Origin: Spirochaetia bacterium
GTDB lineage: Bacteria; Spirochaetota; Spirochaetia; CAKZLE01
Direction: 5' to 3'
Length of the DNA stretch: 64,000 nucleotides
Assembly: GCA_963677595.1 (NCBI GenBank)
Contig: OY782041.1
Span: 128,001 to 192,000 of the forward strand
Shown: positions 39,397 to 49,718 of the stretch, piece by piece
Layout of the letters: each line of letters begins with the position of its first letter
Numbering within the stretch: the stretch's first letter is position 1
Translations under genes and position numbers: made by a program
Notes under the pieces: generated by a model
The model's database searches: none
What the model was told of the DNA's origin: nothing
Seen by the model: the letters and a program-made list of their open reading frames with translations, nothing else

Positions 39397-39693
39397 TTAC
39401 CTCTTCGGGATGTGGTACCGTCTCTGGGCAGGATCCTCATGGACCCTGAAGAGGATCGCGATGTTCCCGATCACCGAGACCACCTCTGAGGATGTCTTTT
39501 CCGCGAGCATAGCCGAGATCTCCCGGCGCTGCTCCTTATAATCGACGAACTTGACCTTGATCAGCTCATGATGGGCAAGAGCCTCATCGACTGCCGCGAT
39601 CACCCGTTCATCAACCCCCTGCTTCCCGACCATGACGATGGGGTTGAGGGTGTGTGCACGCTTCCGGAGAAAATTCCGTGCGAATGTATCCAT
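39397..39693 (-). CDS. yhbY: Ribosome-assembly RNA-binding protein YhbY
   Basis: LRKRAHTLNPIVMVGKQG, ALAHHELIKVK, VIG. Confidence 0.92.
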   Translation of the reverse strand: MDTFARNFLRKRAHTLNPIVMVGKQGVDERVIAAVDEALAHHELIKVKFVDYKEQRREISAMLAEKTSSEVVSVIGNIAILFRVHEDPAQRRYHIPKR

Positions 39694-39778
39694 ATATAGG
39701 CCTTCCTGAACATAAGTAGAGGTCCCCTCCGCAAAGAGAACCTCCACCGTTGAATCTTAGCGCTACTCTATCAGAGTA

Positions 39779-41503
39779 CTAGTCGTTATACAATTGCGCG
39801 ACTAAGTATCTCTTGATCTTTTTCGTGGAAGTCATCTCCATCGGTTCATCGACCACCTGGACCTTCTCGATCCTCTTGTACCCGATGAGGTCCCGGTTCA
39901 CTTCAGAGACGATCTCCTCGAACCTGCCCTGCATGACGGCTGTATCACCGTCCACGGACTCCTTGTAGGCATCACTCGGGTAGAAGAGAGCCTTGATCCC
40001 CTCGATCTTCTGCTCCTTGTCCTTCTCGTAGCCGATGACGAGGATCTGCTCGATCTCGTCGTAGAGCTGGAAGAGATCCTCGATCTCCTCCGGGAAGACG
40101 TTCTTCCCGCCTTCGGTGACGATCAGGGACTTCATCCGTCCGGTGAGCATCAGGTAGTTCTCGGAATCAAGGTAGCCGACATCACCGGTCCTGAGCCATC
40201 CGTCCTCGGTGAAGATCTCGTCGGTAGCCTCTTTGTTGAGGTAGTACCCCTGCATGACCATCGGTCCCTTGATGAGGATCTCGCCGATCCCATGTTCATC
40301 GGGCTTGTCGATCTTCATCTCGGTCTGGGGGATCACCTTCCCCACCGAGATCTCCTTATAGGCGTAGACCGGGTTGAGGGCGACAATCGGCGAGGTCTCC
40401 GTCAGGCCGTAGCCCTGCACGAAGTCGATACCGAGCTGGTTGTACAACTTGAACGTGGAGGACGGCAGAGGGCCTCCCCCGCAAATGCAGACCCTGATGT
40501 TGTCTAATGATATCTTGGCAAGGATACCCTTGAACATCGCATGGCCGGGATTGACCTTGAACACCTTCTTGATGAAGCCCGAGATCCCCATCATGCCCCG
40601 GATCAGGCCGTAGAGGATGATCCCCTTCTCCCTGATCCCGTTCATGAGGCCTTTGAGCAGCTTGTTGAAGAGCATCGGCACCCCGAGGAACATGGTCACC
40701 TTCGCAGTCTTGAGGTCCTTGAGGATCTGTTTGGTCACGAGCTTCTTACCGAAGACCACCTCGGCCCCGGTCGATATCGTCTCGATGAAGACGGCAAGCA
40801 TCGTGTAGGAGTGGTGTATGGGCAGCAGCGCATAGAAGACATCGGTCGAGTAGACGTTCATGTTCCCCTGAGCGAGGTAACAGTCGCTGACGAGGTTCTT
40901 GTGAGTGAGCATGACCCCTTTTGGGTTCCCAGTCGTCCCGGAGGTGAACATGATGGCAGCAAGGTCATCTATCCTCGAGGGAGTACGCTTCACATACTCG
41001 GGATCAAGTACATCATAGACATAGCCCGGTTTCTTCGGTGAGAGTGAGTAGGTAGCCTTGAGGTCAAGCTTGTTGTCCTTGTTGACCAGGTCGTACTTCT
41101 CCTCGTCGACGAAGAGGATCTTCGTCTTGGAGAACTCCATGAGGTACTCCATCTCCTCGATCTTCAGCTGGTAGTCCAGCGGTACGACGACACAGCCGGC
41201 ATAGAGGATCGCCAGGTAGGCGACTGCCCACTCAGGGCCGTTCTTGCCGGTGAGGGCGATCTTGTCCCCCTTCCGTATCCCCTGGTTCCGTATGGTATTG
41301 GAGAGCTGGATGACCTTCTCCTGCGCCTCGGCATAGGTGAGCATCACCTCGTCCGGGCTGTAGACCGTGAAGCACCGGTTGTCCGGGTACCGCTTCACCG
41401 TGATATCGAACATCTCCGGCAGGGTCGGCCAGTCACCGGGGAAGAACTCTCCCTTGAACTCCTCCAGGAAATCCCAAGGTCTTTCATTGTGCGTCCTGCT
41501 CAT
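39779..41503 (-). CDS. Long-chain fatty acid--CoA ligase
   Basis: FTSGTTGNPKG, QGYGLTE, VMQGYY, TGDVG, GKNVFPEEIE. Confidence 0.93.
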   Translation of the reverse strand: MSRTHNERPWDFLEEFKGEFFPGDWPTLPEMFDITVKRYPDNRCFTVYSPDEVMLTYAEAQEKVIQLSNTIRNQGIRKGDKIALTGKNGPEWAVAYLAILYAGCVVVPLDYQLKIEEMEYLMEFSKTKILFVDEEKYDLVNKDNKLDLKATYSLSPKKPGYVYDVLDPEYVKRTPSRIDDLAAIMFTSGTTGNPKGVMLTHKNLVSDCYLAQGNMNVYSTDVFYALLPIHHSYTMLAVFIETISTGAEVVFGKKLVTKQILKDLKTAKVTMFLGVPMLFNKLLKGLMNGIREKGIILYGLIRGMMGISGFIKKVFKVNPGHAMFKGILAKISLDNIRVCICGGGPLPSSTFKLYNQLGIDFVQGYGLTETSPIVALNPVYAYKEISVGKVIPQTEMKIDKPDEHGIGEILIKGPMVMQGYYLNKEATDEIFTEDGWLRTGDVGYLDSENYLMLTGRMKSLIVTEGGKNVFPEEIEDLFQLYDEIEQILVIGYEKDKEQKIEGIKALFYPSDAYKESVDGDTAVMQGRFEEIVSEVNRDLIGYKRIEKVQVVDEPMEMTSTKKIKRYLVAQLYND

Positions 41504-41621
41504 AATACACCCCCTCACTGCTAGGTCCTAGATATGGTTACGTACTCTATTATCTTCAAGACTACTTGAAAATAGAGTACGGTGCAAGTGTTAATGTCAA
41601 AAAACCGGATTCTGCCAAGCC

Positions 41622-42500
41622 TCAGAGCTTCAGCCGGGAGAGACAGCCGTTCACCAGGCTGAGGTAGCCGATGCCGAAGAGATTCAGGTGATTGAGTGCA
41701 TGGTAGAGCTGGTAGAGCGGTTTCCTTCCCTCGTACCCCGGGTTGAGAGGGAACTCCTCCCGGTAGGCTGCATAGAACTCCTCAGGGAACGAACCGAACA
41801 GTTCAGTCAGCGCGATGTCTGCCTCACGGTCGCCGTAATAGACGGCGGGGTCGATCAGCACAGGCCTGCCTTCCGGGTCGAAGAGGTGGTTCCCACCCCA
41901 CAGGTCGCCGTGCAGCAGCGAGATCTGCTCCGGCTCTGCCAGGTACCTCGTGATATGGTCCATGAGGAAGATGAGCCTGTTCTGTGTCGCTTCATCGAGC
42001 TGGCGTCCCCTGACAGCCCGATCATACTGGTAGCGGAGCCGCTGTTCTAAGAAGAACTCCACCCAGGAGCTCTGCCAGCCGTTCATCTGCGGAGTAGCCC
42101 CGATGTAGTTGTTGATCTGGAACCCGCACCGGGTGTTCCGGCCCTCCCGGTGCAGCCGTGCGAGCAGCCTGCCGAACACGGCATAGAATGCGGGCTGACG
42201 CACCCCGTGCTCGATGAACTCCATGAGGAGGTACTGGTTGCCGTGGATGGAACCGAAACCGAACACCTTCGGTACCAGGAGCCCGTCCGGGGCATGGTCA
42301 GCCAGGGTCTGCAGCCCGGCAGCCTCAGCCTCGAAGAGGTCATAGGGATGCTGCGTGTAGTGCTTGATCACATATTTCCTGCCGGCAGCATCTTCGAACG
42401 TGTAGCTGTCCGATATATCACCGCCCCGCAGGGGCTTGAGGGTCTCCTCCCTCACTGCGATCCCATACCTGTCAGAGATGTCACCAAGGATACGTATCAT
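41622..42500 (-). CDS. Fructosamine kinase family protein
   Basis: GGDIS, FEAEAAGL, NYIG.TPQ.N, LLHGDLWGGN, IDPAVYYGDREAD. Confidence 0.93.
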   Translation of the reverse strand: MIRILGDISDRYGIAVREETLKPLRGGDISDSYTFEDAAGRKYVIKHYTQHPYDLFEAEAAGLQTLADHAPDGLLVPKVFGFGSIHGNQYLLMEFIEHGVRQPAFYAVFGRLLARLHREGRNTRCGFQINNYIGATPQMNGWQSSWVEFFLEQRLRYQYDRAVRGRQLDEATQNRLIFLMDHITRYLAEPEQISLLHGDLWGGNHLFDPEGRPVLIDPAVYYGDREADIALTELFGSFPEEFYAAYREEFPLNPGYEGRKPLYQLYHALNHLNLFGIGYLSLVNGCLSRLKL

Positions 42501-42964
42501 ACTGTTCCCTCCTGGATCCTGTCTATGATTATATCACAGGTTCTCAACAACATCAGCAGAACCTGGTCGAATCCCTCAGGACCGCCGTAGTAGGGATCGG
42601 GGACATCGCCCGGGCCTTCAGGGTCGAAGGAGCGGAACATCCGCACCTTGCGGCGATCCCCATCAGAGCCTGCCATACGGAGGAGGTCGGTATGGTTCTC
42701 CCGGTCCATCGCCAGGATGAGGTCATACCGGGAGAAGTCGGAAGATGTGAACTGACGGGAACGGTGGTCGATCCTGATCCCGTACCGCTTCGCGGTCTCC
42801 CGCATCCGCGTATCGGACTGCTGCCCGACATGGAAGGAGCAGGTCCCCGATGATTCCGAGGCTATATCCCCGGCAAGCCCGCGCGCTGCAAGCCGGCTGT
42901 CGAACACAGCCTGTGCCGCCGGCGAGCGGCATATATTTCCAAGACAGACGAACATCACTCTCAT
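42497..42964 (-). CDS. Low-molecular-weight protein-tyrosine phosphatase
   Basis: FVCLGNICRS, LAMD, DVPDPYYG. Confidence 0.95.
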   Translation of the reverse strand: MRVMFVCLGNICRSPAAQAVFDSRLAARGLAGDIASESSGTCSFHVGQQSDTRMRETAKRYGIRIDHRSRQFTSSDFSRYDLILAMDRENHTDLLRMAGSDGDRRKVRMFRSFDPEGPGDVPDPYYGGPEGFDQVLLMLLRTCDIIIDRIQEGTV

Positions 42965-43009
42965 ACCTTACCTTATCATACCCTCAGGCTATGCTCAAAT
43001 GGAATCTCA

Positions 43010-43038
43010 TTGACCATAATCGAATCCTGTACTAGAGT
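43010..43038 (+). promoter_or_regulatory. Sigma70 promoter of the folC operon, probably leaderless
   Basis: TTGACC-17 bp-TAGAGT, ending 7 nt before ATG 43046. Confidence 0.65.
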
Positions 43039-43045
43039 ATCGGGT

Positions 43046-44383
43046 ATGAAATTCACTGACTTCGACAGCGCATGTGCCCATATTGAATCCTTCACCAACC
43101 TTGCCAAGAGCATGAACTATACGGTACGGACCTACCGACTTGACAGGATGCAGGCCCTCCTTGACCATTTCGACCACCCTGAAACCGATTTCAAGGCGAT
43201 CCATGTTGCCGGCTCGAAGGGCAAGGGGTCCACTGCCCTTTTCATTGCGGAGGGACTGACTGCCATAGGGTACCGGACCGGCCTCTACAGTTCCCCCCAT
43301 GTCACGAGCTACCGCGAGCGGTTCACCCTGAGCGGCCTCTTCTTCGACGACCATTTCCTCCTCTCGACGGCCAACTTCATGCTCGAGGGGCTCAAGCAGT
43401 TCCACTTCCAGGAGGAGTACGGCTACACCTCCCCCACGACCTTCGAGCTGCTCACCCTGCTCGGGTTCCTCCTCTTCTCGAGAAGCGGCTGTGACTATGC
43501 CGTGATCGAGACGGGGCTCGGCGGCAGGCTCGACGCGACCAACGTGGTCACGCCGGTCATGTCGGTGATCACCCCCATCGAGCTTGAGCATACGGCGATC
43601 CTCGGCGACACCATCGCCGCGATCGCAGGGGAGAAGGCCGGCATCATCAAGCCGGGAGTACCGGTCACGGTCTCCCTGCAGCACCCTGATGCCAGGGAGG
43701 TCATCGCCCGTCGTGCAGAGGAGCTCGGCTGTGCCTGTTCGTTCCTCGAGGACTGCATCAGCTCCATCAGGAGCAGTACCGACACCATGGGGGAGCAGAC
43801 CGCAATCACCTGGCAGAACGGGATCAGGGACTCCCTCATTCTCGCGATGCGGGGGAGCTTTCAGGCGGAGAATGCCGCGACCGCACTCCATGTACTGCGG
43901 ACCCTCGAGCTCTTCGACCCGGAACGTTCCCTCCCGGCGATCGCCCGGGCGAAACTCCCCGGGCGGCTGGAGCTGATCAGGGAGAATCCCTCGATCTTCA
44001 TCGACGGGGCCCACACCGAACGGTCGGTCAGCCGGGTCTTCGCATCATTCAGGTCCCTCTTCCCGACAGGCGGCGTACTCATCTTCGGGGCGGTCGAGGG
44101 CAAGAACCATGCACGGATGGCGGAACTCGCCCTCGAGTACTTCAACAAGATCATCATCTCCACCCCCGGGAGCTTCAAGAAGAGTGACCCTGCAGCACTC
44201 TATGACCTCTTCTGCGACAGGATCGCGGCGAACAGCCTCAAGGAGATCGATATTCGCCTGGTGCAGGACCCCTCCGAGGCCCTGGACAGGGCATTCGAGA
44301 TGGCAGAGGAGCACCATGGAGTCATTCTCACCACCGGTTCGTTTTATATGGCCGCTGAGATACGGAATTTAGTATGTTTATAG
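43046..44383 (+). CDS. folC: Folylpolyglutamate synthase/dihydrofolate synthase
   Basis: HVAGSKGKGST, SSPH, ETGLGGRLDATN, EKAGIIK, PGRLE, DGAH, TGSFY. Confidence 0.95.
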   Translation: MKFTDFDSACAHIESFTNLAKSMNYTVRTYRLDRMQALLDHFDHPETDFKAIHVAGSKGKGSTALFIAEGLTAIGYRTGLYSSPHVTSYRERFTLSGLFFDDHFLLSTANFMLEGLKQFHFQEEYGYTSPTTFELLTLLGFLLFSRSGCDYAVIETGLGGRLDATNVVTPVMSVITPIELEHTAILGDTIAAIAGEKAGIIKPGVPVTVSLQHPDAREVIARRAEELGCACSFLEDCISSIRSSTDTMGEQTAITWQNGIRDSLILAMRGSFQAENAATALHVLRTLELFDPERSLPAIARAKLPGRLELIRENPSIFIDGAHTERSVSRVFASFRSLFPTGGVLIFGAVEGKNHARMAELALEYFNKIIISTPGSFKKSDPAALYDLFCDRIAANSLKEIDIRLVQDPSEALDRAFEMAEEHHGVILTTGSFYMAAEIRNLVCL

Positions 44384-44399
44384 GAGGAGTCCTATTCTT

Positions 44400-44960
44400 A
44401 TGCATGAACTGATCCCCGGGATCTGCTACAGCTGCACTGCAGACATCACACAGGTACACGCCAAGGCCATCGTCAATGCGGCGAACTCCACCCTGCTCGG
44501 AGGAGGAGGCGTGGACGGGGCGATCCATGCCGCGGCAGGGCCGACCCTGCTGGCAGCCTGCAGGCAGCTCAGGGAACGGCAGTACCCGGACGGCCTGCCG
44601 ATCGGGGAAGCCGTATCGACCCATGCGGGGAGGCTTCCTGCAGAGTTTGTCATCCATACCGTCGGGCCCGTCTGGCATGGCGGGAAGCAGGGGGAACCCG
44701 GGCTGCTGGCTGCAGCCTACCGGAACTCCCTCAAGGAGGCAGAACGCCTCGGCTGCACCTCCATCGCATTCCCGGCAGTCTCGACCGGGGTCTACGGGTA
44801 TCCCCGGGACCTGGCCGCTGGGATCGTACGGGATACGATCTGCACCTATATCCGCGAGACTGCTGCCCCCGTGAAGATCTTCCTCGTCTTCTTCTCACAC
44901 CATGACGAGCAGGTCTTCCGTTCAGTCTTCGAACGAACAGGGGTATCGCCATGTCGCTGA
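44400..44960 (+). CDS. Macro-domain O-acetyl-ADP-ribose deacetylase (YmdB-like)
   Basis: DIT, IVNAAN..LLGGGGVDGAIH, VIHTVGP, AFPAVSTGVYGYP. Confidence 0.93.
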   Translation: MHELIPGICYSCTADITQVHAKAIVNAANSTLLGGGGVDGAIHAAAGPTLLAACRQLRERQYPDGLPIGEAVSTHAGRLPAEFVIHTVGPVWHGGKQGEPGLLAAAYRNSLKEAERLGCTSIAFPAVSTGVYGYPRDLAAGIVRDTICTYIRETAAPVKIFLVFFSHHDEQVFRSVFERTGVSPCR

Positions 44961-46411
44961 ACTGGCAGGAGATCGACCTGGTCCTCACAGAGCTCTCACT
45001 CGAAGGGGCCTTCATCCAGAAGATCAGGCAGCCGAACTACCACAGCATCCTCCTCGATATCTACTCTCCCGGGAGCGGGAGGTACCCCCTGCTCATCGAG
45101 CTGGCCTCTGGGGGCTGCCGCCTCGGCAGGCTCTCCGAGGGGACTCCCTACCGGAAGACGGTCAAGCTCCAGCGGTTCGCCCAGCTGCTGCGGTCCCGGG
45201 CCCAGGGAGGGCGGATCACCTCCGCCTCCCAGGAGGGGTCGGAACGGGTCATCAGGCTGTCAGTCTCGAAGGCGGAGGTCGAGACCATCCTCTACATCAG
45301 GCTCTGGAGCAATGCCGCGAACATCATCGCGGTCGATACCGGCGGTACGATCTTGGATGCCTTCTACCGGAGACCCGGGAAGCAGGAGACATCAGGGCTC
45401 CAGTACCAACCGGTACCGAAGCATGGTGATTCCCTCCGATCCGCCCGGTTCACGGTCAGGGACTCCTATGCCGCAGTCGAGGGGCAGATGAGCTTCAACG
45501 AGTTCATCGAGCGAGAGTATGAGACGGAGACGACCGAACGGATGGCAGCAGAACTCCTCGGCCAGGCGACGGCCCTGCTCGAACAGGAGTACAACCGGTC
45601 GGAACTCGGGCTGAAGAAGAAACTCGAAGAGCGTGAGAAGCTCGCAGCATTCGAGCAGAACCGCCATTACGGGGACCTGCTCTCTGCATACCGGCACACG
45701 ATCGAGCCCCATGCCGAGTGGGCACGTGTCCCTGACTATGATGACGGGAACCGGGAGGTCTCCATACGGTTGGATCCCCGCAAGAGCCCCGGCGAGAACA
45801 TCGAGGCCTACTACGCAGCCTACCATAAGGCCAGGGGTGCCTATGACCGGCTGGAAGAGGAGATCGTCTTCCTGCGCCGGCAGATGCAGGAGACGAAGGA
45901 CGAACTCGAGACCCTCCGTTCCGATGATGAGGAGCATACGGAAGGGTTCATTGCCCGGCTGAAGTCCATCATCTCACGGCACAGCCGGGTACAGAAGGCT
46001 GCAGACGGGAAGGGCCCGGCCCCGGGCCTCCAGTTCACCTCCGGGATCTATACGATCCTCGTAGGGAGGACCGCGAAGGAGAACGATGCCCTGCTCCGAA
46101 GCTGGACACGCGGGAACGACTACTGGCTCCATACCCGGGACTACCCGGGCGGGTATGTCTTCATCAAGTTCCTCCCGGGGAAGAGTGTCCCGCTCGAGAC
46201 GATACTTGACGCGGGGAACCTGGCAGTCTACTATTCCAAGGCACGGAACGGCGGGAAGGCTGATCTCTATTATACCCAGGTGAAGCACCTCAGGCGTGCG
46301 AAACACGGGAATCTCGGGACGGTGCTCCCGACCCACGAGAAGAACATTTCCATCGAGCTTGACCAGGTGAGGCTCGACAGGCTCTTTACAGGAGGGCAGC
46401 AGGATGCATAG
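44951..46411 (+). CDS. NFACT/RqcH (FbpA-like) ribosome quality-control protein
   Basis: IQKIRQP N-domain, LDP..SP.EN...YY..Y.K coiled coil, VGRTAKEND, WLH.RD.PG (NFACT-R). Confidence 0.88.
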   Translation: MSLNWQEIDLVLTELSLEGAFIQKIRQPNYHSILLDIYSPGSGRYPLLIELASGGCRLGRLSEGTPYRKTVKLQRFAQLLRSRAQGGRITSASQEGSERVIRLSVSKAEVETILYIRLWSNAANIIAVDTGGTILDAFYRRPGKQETSGLQYQPVPKHGDSLRSARFTVRDSYAAVEGQMSFNEFIEREYETETTERMAAELLGQATALLEQEYNRSELGLKKKLEEREKLAAFEQNRHYGDLLSAYRHTIEPHAEWARVPDYDDGNREVSIRLDPRKSPGENIEAYYAAYHKARGAYDRLEEEIVFLRRQMQETKDELETLRSDDEEHTEGFIARLKSIISRHSRVQKAADGKGPAPGLQFTSGIYTILVGRTAKENDALLRSWTRGNDYWLHTRDYPGGYVFIKFLPGKSVPLETILDAGNLAVYYSKARNGGKADLYYTQVKHLRRAKHGNLGTVLPTHEKNISIELDQVRLDRLFTGGQQDA

Positions 46412-47240
46412 ATCACTCACCGCAGGAATCTTCTACCCTGAAGATCCCGCAGCACTGAGGAGGCAGCTCCAGGAGAACTTCCTCGAGTACGAGGAGAGGA
46501 TACCGCTCCCGGCGGCCCTCTTCATCCCCCATGCAGCCTATGAATACGTCCTGCCGTTCACCGCGGGCGCGTTCGCCCCCTTCACCAGGGAGAACCCGTC
46601 ACGGGTCATCCTCCTGGCCCCGATCCACGGGGATATCCTCAAGGAGGATGCGCCGAAGACACTCTTCCTCCCTTCGTCAACGAGCATCACGACGCCCTTG
46701 GGCGATATGGCCATAGACCAGGATCTCTGCGAACAGCTCGACGGGGTGCACCCGAGTATCGGCTTCGGGGACCACTACTTCGACGAGGAGACGGCGGTGG
46801 AACTTGCCGTCCCGCCGCTGCAGTTCCTCTTCGAAGGGGCACAGCTCATCCCGATCCTTGCCGGGGAGACGACTGCGGCGACAGCCGCGGCCCTCGCTGC
46901 GATCATCACCCCCCTCGTTGATGAGGAGACCCTGGTGATCATCAGTACGAACCTGACGGGCTGGGACCGGAAGGAACTCCTCGAGGATGAGGCCAGCCTG
47001 CTGCTCGACACCCTCAGGACCGCGAGCCGGGATTCACGCCCTCCCCTTATGGAGCTCTACAGGAAGAAGCGGATCACTGCCTGCGGCACGGTCCTCTTCG
47101 ATGCGCTCCACAGGACCGGGCTCTGTACCGGTCCCTGGCAGGTCCCGGACCGGGAGCAGCCCGTGATCGGGGACCTGATCGATGATCGGAGATCCACCCG
47201 CTATGGATCAGGATATATGCCGCTGGAGTCCAGAATATGA
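46404..47240 (+). CDS. Memo/AmrB-like protein, divergent
   Basis: AGIFYP.DP..LR, PHAAY.Y, TPLG, TACG. Confidence 0.8.
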   Translation: MHRSLTAGIFYPEDPAALRRQLQENFLEYEERIPLPAALFIPHAAYEYVLPFTAGAFAPFTRENPSRVILLAPIHGDILKEDAPKTLFLPSSTSITTPLGDMAIDQDLCEQLDGVHPSIGFGDHYFDEETAVELAVPPLQFLFEGAQLIPILAGETTAATAAALAAIITPLVDEETLVIISTNLTGWDRKELLEDEASLLLDTLRTASRDSRPPLMELYRKKRITACGTVLFDALHRTGLCTGPWQVPDREQPVIGDLIDDRRSTRYGSGYMPLESRI

Positions 47241-48574
47241 ACACGAACATCATCACAGAAGACGGGACCACCCTCATCCCATTGACCCTCGCATCCTTCC
47301 CGCTTCCCCGCAAACTCCTGCAGGGAGGGCATGAGAAGGGTGCTGTCATCACCGGGGACCAGATCGAGGCCTGGAACTGGCACGGCTTCAGGGAACTTGA
47401 CGGGGTCCGCTATGTCCGCTGCGACGAGATCGGACTCGAACCGCTCGAGACGATCTTCTCGATGCCGGAAAAGAAGGGGTTGGAGAGGATCTCAGACCTT
47501 GCCCATGCCCTGGGGAAACTCAGCGGGGATGCAGCACTTACGGGCTACTTCATGTTCGGGGAGATCTTCCTCACCGATACTGGAGGATTCCTCATCCTCC
47601 CGGCAACCCTGCGAGAGATCATGGGTGCCTCAAGGAGCGAAGAGGAGCTCTTCGAGGAGAGAGGGCAATGGAGCAACCCGAAATATTACGGGGAGCAGGC
47701 ACTCGCCTTCGAACTCACCGCCATGGCCTATGCCCTCCTCAATGGGGGGAAGAGTCCCGCTGCACCTTCGCAGATGCGTCAGGACTCCTACCAGGCACTA
47801 CCGATCGAACTACTGCGACAGGGAATCGACGGAACGTTCGCTTCCTTCTTCGCTACCCGCCTATCGCGGCGGCAGGAGATCGATGCGACCCTCACCGAGT
47901 GGGAAACGGCGTTCGATGCGGTACGGGACCTGCCAAGCGGATCATGGAAGGCGGACTCGGAGGCAGCTGCTGAATACATCGGGCGGCAGGAGAAGCGTGC
48001 AAAGAGGAAGGAATCATTGCGGATCCACCGGGTCCGGAACATGGTGCTGGCAACGCTGACGGTCGTCTGTATCGGCATCGCCTATTCTGTGATCTCCGCG
48101 ATGCTCGAACCCCCGCTAACCGCAGGGATGGATGCCCGCGAGGTCGTGAACTTCTATTACGATGCACATAACAATCTGGATGCCCTCGCTGCAGAGGATA
48201 CCCTGGCGAAGGGTGTCGACAACCCAGCCGAGCAGACCCTTACCTACCTCCATGTGACCACCTCGGTACGGCAGGCCTACGAGTTCGATTCAGGATTCAT
48301 CCCGGCCGATGATTGGGTCGCTGCAGGGAAACCAGATCTCGATGCAGGGAAGGTGGTCTACGGTATCACCGACCTGGAACTCGAATGGCTGGATTCAGTT
48401 ACGGTCCGCGCCGAGTACCTGTTGTGGAGTCCCCTCTTCCCCGATGAGGATACGATGGAGCGGGCTACTCCGGCAGAAGCCGCACGGATCGTTGAGGAGC
48501 TTGACCTTGCCCTCAACGGCAAGTACTGGGAGATCACTGAGATCAGGAGGATCTCGGCTGAAGCAGTTCAGTGA
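47237..48574 (+). CDS. Hypothetical single-pass membrane protein
   Basis: Overlaps the upstream gene (ATGA); basic stretch followed by one TM segment and a C-terminal soluble domain. Confidence 0.7.
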   Translation: MNTNIITEDGTTLIPLTLASFPLPRKLLQGGHEKGAVITGDQIEAWNWHGFRELDGVRYVRCDEIGLEPLETIFSMPEKKGLERISDLAHALGKLSGDAALTGYFMFGEIFLTDTGGFLILPATLREIMGASRSEEELFEERGQWSNPKYYGEQALAFELTAMAYALLNGGKSPAAPSQMRQDSYQALPIELLRQGIDGTFASFFATRLSRRQEIDATLTEWETAFDAVRDLPSGSWKADSEAAAEYIGRQEKRAKRKESLRIHRVRNMVLATLTVVCIGIAYSVISAMLEPPLTAGMDAREVVNFYYDAHNNLDALAAEDTLAKGVDNPAEQTLTYLHVTTSVRQAYEFDSGFIPADDWVAAGKPDLDAGKVVYGITDLELEWLDSVTVRAEYLLWSPLFPDEDTMERATPAEAARIVEELDLALNGKYWEITEIRRISAEAVQ

Positions 48575-49469
48575 CCCTGCCCGTATCATCGGGATGGACC
48601 CAGTGGACACCCGGGAGGGATCGGAAGAAGGTCATCTGCCGTTTGGCGTACCGCCTGCTGTTCTGCCTGATGAGCCCGGCGATTCCGGTGAGCGAGAGTT
48701 CTCCCGCCTGGCGGGCGATGAAGAACTCACGGTAGCCAATTCCGTTCATACCCGGCCACTGAGCCCCGGCACCCGCTGAGATCAGTGACCTCACCTCTTC
48801 GACGAGCCCGGCATCGAACATCATCCCGACCCGCTGGTCTATCCGTGCATAGAGCTCATCACGCTCCCGTTCGAGTCCGATGATCACCGGGTCGTAGAGC
48901 GGTTCTTCCGAGCCTGTCACGGGAAATGAGGAGAGGGGGTTCCCGCTGGTACGGTAGACCTCGAGAGCCCGTTGGATACGGTAGCTGTCCGACGGGTGGA
49001 TCCTCTTCGCACTCACCGGGTCGACAGCTGCCAGCTCCTCATAGAGTCGTGCCGTCCCTGAGGCTTCTGCCTCCTGTGCCAGTCCTGCCCGAACGGCAGG
49101 GTCAGAGGGAGGCGCCTGCGGCAGCCCGTAGAGGAGATGCTTGAAATAGAAGGCCGTACCGCCTGAGACCACGGGGACTGAGCCCCGGGCTGTTATCTCC
49201 TCGATGAGGAGTGTCGCCCTGCTGACGAACTCCCCGAGGGTGAACTGCTCCCAGGGGTCGAGGATATCAATGAGGTGGTGCGGCAGACGTTCCAGGATTT
49301 CTTTTTCCGGTTTGGCCGACCCGATATCGAGGCCTCGGTAGACCTGCATCGAATCAGCATTGATCACTTCATAGCCAGTTGAGAAGAGGTCTGACAACAG
49401 GGCGGTCTTGCCGACCCCCGTCGGACCGAACAGGAAGACCAGGTCGCTATTCTTCTTCGTTACGCTCAT
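48543..49469 (-). CDS. miaA: tRNA dimethylallyltransferase
   Basis: GPTGVGKT, ADSMQVYRGLDIGSAKP, GGTAFY, IGYRE, RYAKRQ.T. Confidence 0.97.
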   Translation of the reverse strand: MSVTKKNSDLVFLFGPTGVGKTALLSDLFSTGYEVINADSMQVYRGLDIGSAKPEKEILERLPHHLIDILDPWEQFTLGEFVSRATLLIEEITARGSVPVVSGGTAFYFKHLLYGLPQAPPSDPAVRAGLAQEAEASGTARLYEELAAVDPVSAKRIHPSDSYRIQRALEVYRTSGNPLSSFPVTGSEEPLYDPVIIGLERERDELYARIDQRVGMMFDAGLVEEVRSLISAGAGAQWPGMNGIGYREFFIARQAGELSLTGIAGLIRQNSRRYAKRQMTFFRSLPGVHWVHPDDTGRVTELLQPRSS

Positions 49470-49647
49470 ATTCGACAGTATTGTTCAGGACCTCTGTCAA
49501 TGATGCCGATACTACTTTCTCGCCCTGCTCCACGAGCTCGTCTTCTTCACCGCGCCGGGTGATCTTCTGGGCGTTCTTGATCGCTACGCAGGTCATCTCA
49601 TAGCTGTTACGCTCTTTATTTACCAACAAATCGAGTGGGATACTCAC
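49447..49647 (-). CDS. rpoZ: RNA polymerase omega subunit (spirochaete type)
   Basis: PLDLL..N.YE, K.V..SL.EV; position between the NMP kinase gene and miaA; AAGGAG SD. Confidence 0.8.
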   Translation of the reverse strand: MSIPLDLLVNKERNSYEMTCVAIKNAQKITRRGEEDELVEQGEKVVSASLTEVLNNTVEYERNEEE

Positions 49648-49718
49648 GCATGTTCTCCTTATTCCCTTCTGGGATCAGATCATTATACTAAATCAGGTGA
49701 GGAATGTATAGACCGGCC

